This document shows, piece after piece, positions 58,440 to 64,000 of a DNA stretch of 64,000 nt; within the stretch, counting starts at the first letter, position 1; every line of letters starts with the position of its first letter. The stretch lies in NCBI RefSeq assembly GCF_009914755.1, contig NC_060928.1; one strand, written 5' to 3'. The notes below the pieces were generated by a model. That model was not told where the DNA came from. It was given only the letters and a program-made list of their open reading frames with translations, and did no database searches. Source of the stretch: the human T2T-CHM13v2.0 reference genome, Homo sapiens. A program made the translations under genes and the position numbers.

Positions 58440-61400
58440 TGCCCAGTGGCACGCCTGTGTCCTGTCTCTCTGTTCTGGCCACCAGAGCCCCTGCGTCGCC
58501 CCCGGCAGTCCTGGGTTGGGCCCCTCTCTGGGCTTGGGTTTCCCCAGCTGTTCCAGCTGGGCGAGCCCTCTTGGCTGCTGTCCCATACCAGTGCCCGTGC
58601 GGAGAGGTGGACACACACGTCCGACCTCAGTGACCTGTGCTTCCTCGTACCTGCTCCCCTGCCTGCCTCCCCTTGTTTTGAGGCTGGGGAAGTGTAGAAA
58701 TCGGCCTGACCCCCCTGAGCCCCCAGAGCAGCTGCCCCAGGGCTGAGCCCCTCCAGGCTCCTGCACCACTGAACTGGTGGACCAGCTGCCTGAGACTGCG
58801 GGAGACAGAGGGTCCCGGGGAGAGAGGGCAGGGCCACCCCACACAGCATCATCTCCCCTGCCAGCTCCCACCTGCAGCCCTGAGCCTGGACCCTGGTCAC
58901 TGGGGAGCTCTGGATGGGAACTTGATGAGGCCGTACTGCCATCCACACACCTGTGCACACAGCACCCAGGTGACCTCCAGCTGAAGCGGGCACCTCCCTC
59001 TTTTCATTCATTCTGTAAATGCTTTTTCAGTAAAATTAGAGCCTTTTATCAAAGTAATGCAGGAACATGGTTAGGAACAAATCCAGGTGAACAGCAGGCT
59101 GGAGGTGACTGCCAGGTGCCCTAGGTGGGACTTGGCCTCTGGGGCTTTGGTTCCCTGGCCCTGGGGCCCCAAGCCCTGCCCTGCCTCGGGCGGGTGGAGC
59201 TGGACGTGCCTGGTATCCACAGTGAACAGAGTCCTCCCTTGGAGCTGGCACACGTGGAGAGACTGAGTCAGGTGTCCAGCCGGGAGGATGTCTGCGCCCT
59301 CTAATGCAGGCCAGGGAGAGCAGGGGCCTGAGGTCACTGCAGGCCCAGGCAGGGTGGGGTGTGGGGCAGGAACCAGTGCCGGCCACCAGCACCTGCTCAG
59401 AGGCTGGGAGGCTGGGCCATGTCTTTGGGGGCATGGCCTGGGTGGTGCTCATGTCCCATTGGTCAGCCTTCCTCACGCCTTTCTAGCTGCAAGGGAGGCC
59501 AGGAACGTAGCCCTATTTCTAGGCTTATATTGACAGATTTAGGCAATCAAGTCCAGGAACAGCCAGATTCCTGTTTATCCCTGCAGTGTTAGGGATTCCT
59601 CACACTAAATATTGTTTATCCAAAATTCAAATATAACTCAGTGTCCTGTGTTATGGGCAGCTGTGTGCCCTGGCACAGGGTGAGGTCTCCATTACTATAA
59701 AAGATGGGGTCTGGGGCACACTCGTCACACACGCCCTGGGGAGGTGCCCTCTGGGATTCAGTGGGGGCAGGAGCCAGGCTTGGCTGTGGGACACTGGGTG
59801 GAGAGGCCTCCCCCTAGGCCTTGCGGGGCTGGGGCAAGGACAAGGTTTGGTAACGGGAGCTTCTGGCTGCCGGTAGGGAAGGGACTTGCGGGGCTTGTGA
59901 GGAGGTGACGGCAGACTGAGAAGGACAGCAGCCCCACGGCAGCAGAGGGTAAGAGGCCGCTGGATTCCGGGTGTGTTTGCAAGTAGAGCCTGTGGGATTT
60001 GGGTGGGGGGTGGGAGTGGTCATGGGGGTCCGGGAGGCCACTGGGGAGGTACGCCTGTAAAAGGAGCTGGAGAGAGAAGTCTGGGATCCCCTGTGGCCTG
60101 TTTGGGGGCAGAGGAGAGAAGAGGGCCCCTAGGGGTGACGAGCAGCTGTGAAGCAGGAAGAGAACTGAGCTGCGTCCCGGGCAGCCACAGCTGTGTCTCA
60201 TGCCACCAAGGCCAAGCAAGGCAAGAGGACCACAGGGTCCATGAAGAGCGGGGAAGGCCTCGGAGGAGCAGAGCGGAGGGAGCCTGGCCACAAGCGTGGG
60301 CAGGGCCAGTGGCATTCACACTCAGTCCTGGAGCCATGGCGCAGCTTTCCTGCCAGGGGCTCAGCAACTCAGGGATGAGTCAACCCTGGCATGGCCGAGC
60401 AGTGACCTGGCACTGCAGTCTCTTTCTGGGACACCTTTTCTTTTCCTGGACCTGCTATTTCCCTGATCTTCCCTGCATTCCGCCCTTATGTCTGTAGCTT
60501 CTCCAGTGTCAGGGCATCCCCTTGGTCCAGGGCCTCTCCCTGTGTTCCCTGTGGGCCCTGCCTTCCTCCCTGACCGCTGGGTATCCCCACTGCCCACCTG
60601 CACTCCAGCCCAGAGCCGCCTTTCTCTGGATCCTATGTCCTCTTCTCCCTGCTGCCATGTAGAAAAGCGTGTGGGAGGGACACTGTGTCTGCTTGTCTGG
60701 AAGGCGGCTGCTGCCACAGTCCATCTGCAGGTCACCCTTCCTACCGCAGGGCCTGTGCATGTGCCCTCTGCAGGGACGCATCCCTTGCCCTGGGACCGGC
60801 CTCACTCTGCAGCCCTGTGTCCCTCCTTAAATAGTTTATTTTTAAGAGAGGGCCTTGCTCTGTCGCCCAGGCTGGAATGCAGTGGCCTCATCACAGCTCC
60901 CTGCAGCCTCAACCTCCCAGGCTCAAGCAATCCTCCTCACTGGGCCTCCTGAGTAGTGGGGCCCACAGTGCCGGTACCAGCCCACAGAGCCCAGAGCCTG
61001 TAGCTGGGTCCCCAGCGCACGCCGACACACCCAGCCCCGCATTTTCTTCTAAGCGTTTGTCCCTGAGGGGTCCCGGGGTGTTTGTTTCTTTCCTCCCTGC
61101 CACCCCACACTGGATTGTGAAGCCCAGGAGGGTGAGATCTGCTCTTCCCAGGCGCCCCTGCAGGCCGCGCGCTCCCCCAGTGGAAGCTGCAGGGAGGCTG
61201 CCTGGGCCAGGGCTCTGGGAGGAGCTGGCTACAGGGGTCCCCCGCAGCCCCTCCCTTCCTGCTCTGGGGGTCTTTGGGACGCAGGGCTGCATGGGGTGTG
61301 GTTTTGGGCCATCTTCCCATGGAAGATGCCGGGTAGGGCGAGCCTGGGGCCTTGGGCGCCTTTCTGCCACTCCCACCTCCCGGCCTCCTGTGGAGCCCCG

Positions 61401-61479
61401 TTAGGCGCCCTGTGGGCCTGGGGACCGTTTTGCTTTTCCTCCTTCTTCCTCTGGCCTCCCGGTCTGTAGTTCCACTTCA

Positions 61480-61990
61480 TAAGAGACCTCGGCCCGCCCC
61501 CCGCCCCGTCTCACCCGCAGCTCCGTTCCACCCCGCCCTGCTCCCTCCCACCGTGGCCAGACCCGCGCCGTCCTGGGGTTCCCCTGGGCTGCTCGGCGGC
61601 TCCCCGCGCCCCTGTTCTTCCTCCCCACGGACTCGGGCTCGGGGCGTTCGCGGCGGGATAGGAGCGCCCCGACGGCGTTGGAGGAGACCCCGCAAGTCCG
61701 GCCTGGGCGTGGGCTCGCGGGTCCCCGCTCTGCCGTGGGTGGGGCTGCACTGCCCACGTCCGCTGCGTTGGGTGTGCCCTCCTCGAACCTGAGTATCCAA
61801 GCGGCGGAGGCCCGGGCGCCTCTCAGCTTGGCATCTGAAATCCGGACGGTCTCGGCCGCTCCGCTCCCAGGAAGGCGAGGCCTGCATGGGCCAGGCGGGG
61901 CGCGGGGGCAACTGGGGCAGGGGCAGGGGTCTCCGGTGAGGAGGGCGCTCAGGGAAGCAGGAGACAGAGGCGGAGGTGGGCGGCCAGGGA
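61480..61990. promoter_or_regulatory. Small orphan CpG-rich island downstream of NICOL1
   Basis: Local CpG density is high relative to the flanks; no exon identified. Confidence 0.5.
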
Positions 61991-62035
61991 GGACCGACAG
62001 GTCTGGGTTTCCGCTCTTGCCCCACAGGCTGACCT

Positions 62036-62070
62036 GACCGAGCCTCAGTTTCCTCCTCTGTAAAATGGGC
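62036..62070. mobile_element. MIR core fragment
   Basis: GAGCCTCAGTTTCCTCCTCTGTAAAATGGG. Confidence 0.6.
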
Positions 62071-63059
62071 CCTTGGCGACAGCCTGGGGCTGATATAGGC
62101 GCTCTGCTGCTGGCGCTGGGAGCACCGTGTGGCCTACGGGGTTCTCCCCTTGTCGTGGGGAGGGGCTCTAGGCCCCCCAGCCCCCACCCAGAGCAAGTAC
62201 CATGGTCTCCCAGACCTTCCAGGCTGCTTCCTGGAGCCCAGCCCTGACCCTTCCAAGCTGACGGTGTTCTGGTGCCTTCCAGGTACCTATGAACCCGGGG
62301 CTGGAGCACAGGCCTCAGCTGACCATCAGGGCTACTGGGGGTCACATGGCCACGGGCTTTGGGTGACTTGTAGGGGCTGGAGGGTGAGGCCAGGCAGGCT
62401 GGTGGGAGGGAGTCTGCAGATGGAGACTGGAAGGGCCACCAAGGCGTGCTGAGCAGGCCTCTGTCTCTGGGCCTGGCTGCTGGGGCCGAGCAGTGGCAGG
62501 CTCAGGCTCAGGCTGTGGGGATGAGGTGGAGAGGGCAGGGGCCGGCAGAGGCTGTGGCCCTGTAAGGGCTGGACCGCTCTCCTCAGAGGTCACTCAGGCC
62601 TTGGGGTCTGGGTGGGGACACTGCTCAGGAGCTCCTGGACAGTGACCATGGCTTCTCCCCTCTCCTGGCCCCCATCAGAAGCATGACAGCCTGTTCCCCC
62701 AGTCTCTGCTCTGGAGCCCCAGGCCCCCATTCAAAGCCCAGCCTCATCTTCCTCCAGCCCCCTGGCTCTCCAGGCGCGCCAGCCCCTCACTTGCCTCCAC
62801 TGCCTGGTTTTTCCTGCCCGGACCCCTTGCGTGCTGATCCCTCTGCTGGGACGCCCTTCCTGCCGTCCACGTGGCCGACCTTAGGACGACACTGCGGAGC
62901 TGCCCCTGTGGCTGGGCAGGGACCCTGGTCAGCACTTGAGCGTCGGGTGCAGGGGTTGTTGAATGGATCAGCGAGTTCCTTCGAGATTGTCCATGACCCA
63001 CGTTGCCTCCCTGGAAGGCGTGAACCTAAAGGGTTGCCCTGACCCTGTGCCCCGGCGCC

Positions 63060-63530
63060 GCAGTCCTCAAACCTGGCTCCGGTAAACTCTCCACTTCACA
63101 TTAATTTTGCCTCAGTTTTTTCCCTTTAGGTCAACATATCTGGCATAAGTCAGCAGGCTTCAGTGACCCTCTTCCCTGACCACCTGGGGCTCCTTCCAGG
63201 ACTTGGGGGTGGTATGAGCAGGAACCCACCATGCTCCCCTCACTCCAGAGGTTTCCTGGGTGCACAGGGGTGAGTCCTCCTGAATTCAGAGCTTTGTTTT
63301 CTTTTTGGTTGACATCTAGATTTTATTTGGAGTGTTTTTTAAACCTGCTTTTAACAGAAAGAGGGCTTCAGTCTCTGTCTTTGGACAGGGGACTCAGATA
63401 AACAGAGAACTCCGCCTTCTCTGCCACTGCCTCAGGGCAACGGGTTTAGGGCCTGGTATGGGCACCAGTCTGGCACTGGTGGTTTCACATCTTTGGGCCT
63501 AAAGTTACACAGCAAGCTTTAAAAATTGCA
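63060..63530 (+). mobile_element. ERV1 LTR 3' end, tRNA-Ser-like PBS (63141-63161) and leader
   Basis: ...CCTTTAGGTCAACA followed by TATC and TGGCATAAGTCAGCAGGCTTC, a decayed TGGCGTAGTCGGCAGGATTC. Confidence 0.55.
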
Positions 63531-63537
63531 ACTGCTG

Positions 63538-63821
63538 GGCTGGGCGCGGTGGCTCATGCGTGTAATCTCAGCACTTTGAGAGGCCAAAGTGGATGAATCA
63601 CCTGAGGTCAGGAGTTCAAGACCAGCCTAGCCAATATGGCGAAACCCCATCTCTACCCAAAATAAAAAAATTAGCTAGGCACAGTGGCACGCACCTGTAA
63701 TTCCAGCTGCTCGGGAGGCTGAGACATGAGAATCGCTTCAACTCAGGAGGCAGAAGTTGCAGTGAGCCAAGATGGTGCCATCGCACTCTAGCCCGGGCAA
63801 CACAGCGAGACTCTGTCTCAA

Positions 63822-63865
<44 letters not shown>

Positions 63866-63874
63866 CAACAACAA
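63538..63874 (+). mobile_element. Alu with (AAT)n(AAC)n microsatellite tail
   Basis: Full dimer; STR at 63820-63874. Confidence 0.9.
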
Positions 63875-64000
63875 TTTCAACTGCTCCCCGTTGCCTGTAG
63901 TTCAGACTTGTCTTTTCATTTGGGGCCAGTTCCTGTCTGTCCTATGTGGGAAGGTGCATGAGGGTGAGTTGCCTCACCCCAAAGAGAAGAGTCGGTTGCT

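Noticed and set aside
57993-62345. ORFs of 321, 228 and 314 aa downstream of or antisense to NICOL1
   Set aside because: No recognisable domain or supporting splice structure; GC-rich chance ORFs.

Overview
Human-like genomic DNA. I identify it as chr4p16.3 (Wolf-Hirschhorn region) from the recognised protein sequences. The left third holds the 5' part of NELFA (WHSC2) on the minus strand: coding exons 1-7 (aa 1-308), all with canonical GT-AG junctions in consistent phase, plus MIR943 at the intron 4/exon 5 boundary and a CpG-island promoter at ~22.5-24.2 kb. At the right end is the complete NICOL1 (C4orf48) gene on the plus strand, a 95-aa secreted protein with its own CpG island and an AATAAA. 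The rest is mostly retroelement remains: two near-full-length dead L1PA elements, a solo HERV-K LTR5, a fragmented class I ERV (pol plus a complete but dead EnvV-like env), MaLR/ERVL pieces, a palindromic MITE and more than 40 Alus. I found no new protein-coding system. The best leads are: (1) a candidate poison cassette exon in NELFA intron 3 that would truncate NELF-A just after its NELF-C-binding core; (2) a 176-bp inverted templated copy (175/176 identical) inside an old L1; (3) a mirtron-like position of miR-943; (4) two Alus inserted head-to-head at one palindromic endonuclease site; (5) an in-frame upstream ATG inside the NRF1 site of NICOL1, next to an RFX X-box. Repeat subfamily names come from recalled consensus sequences and need RepeatMasker/Dfam confirmation.
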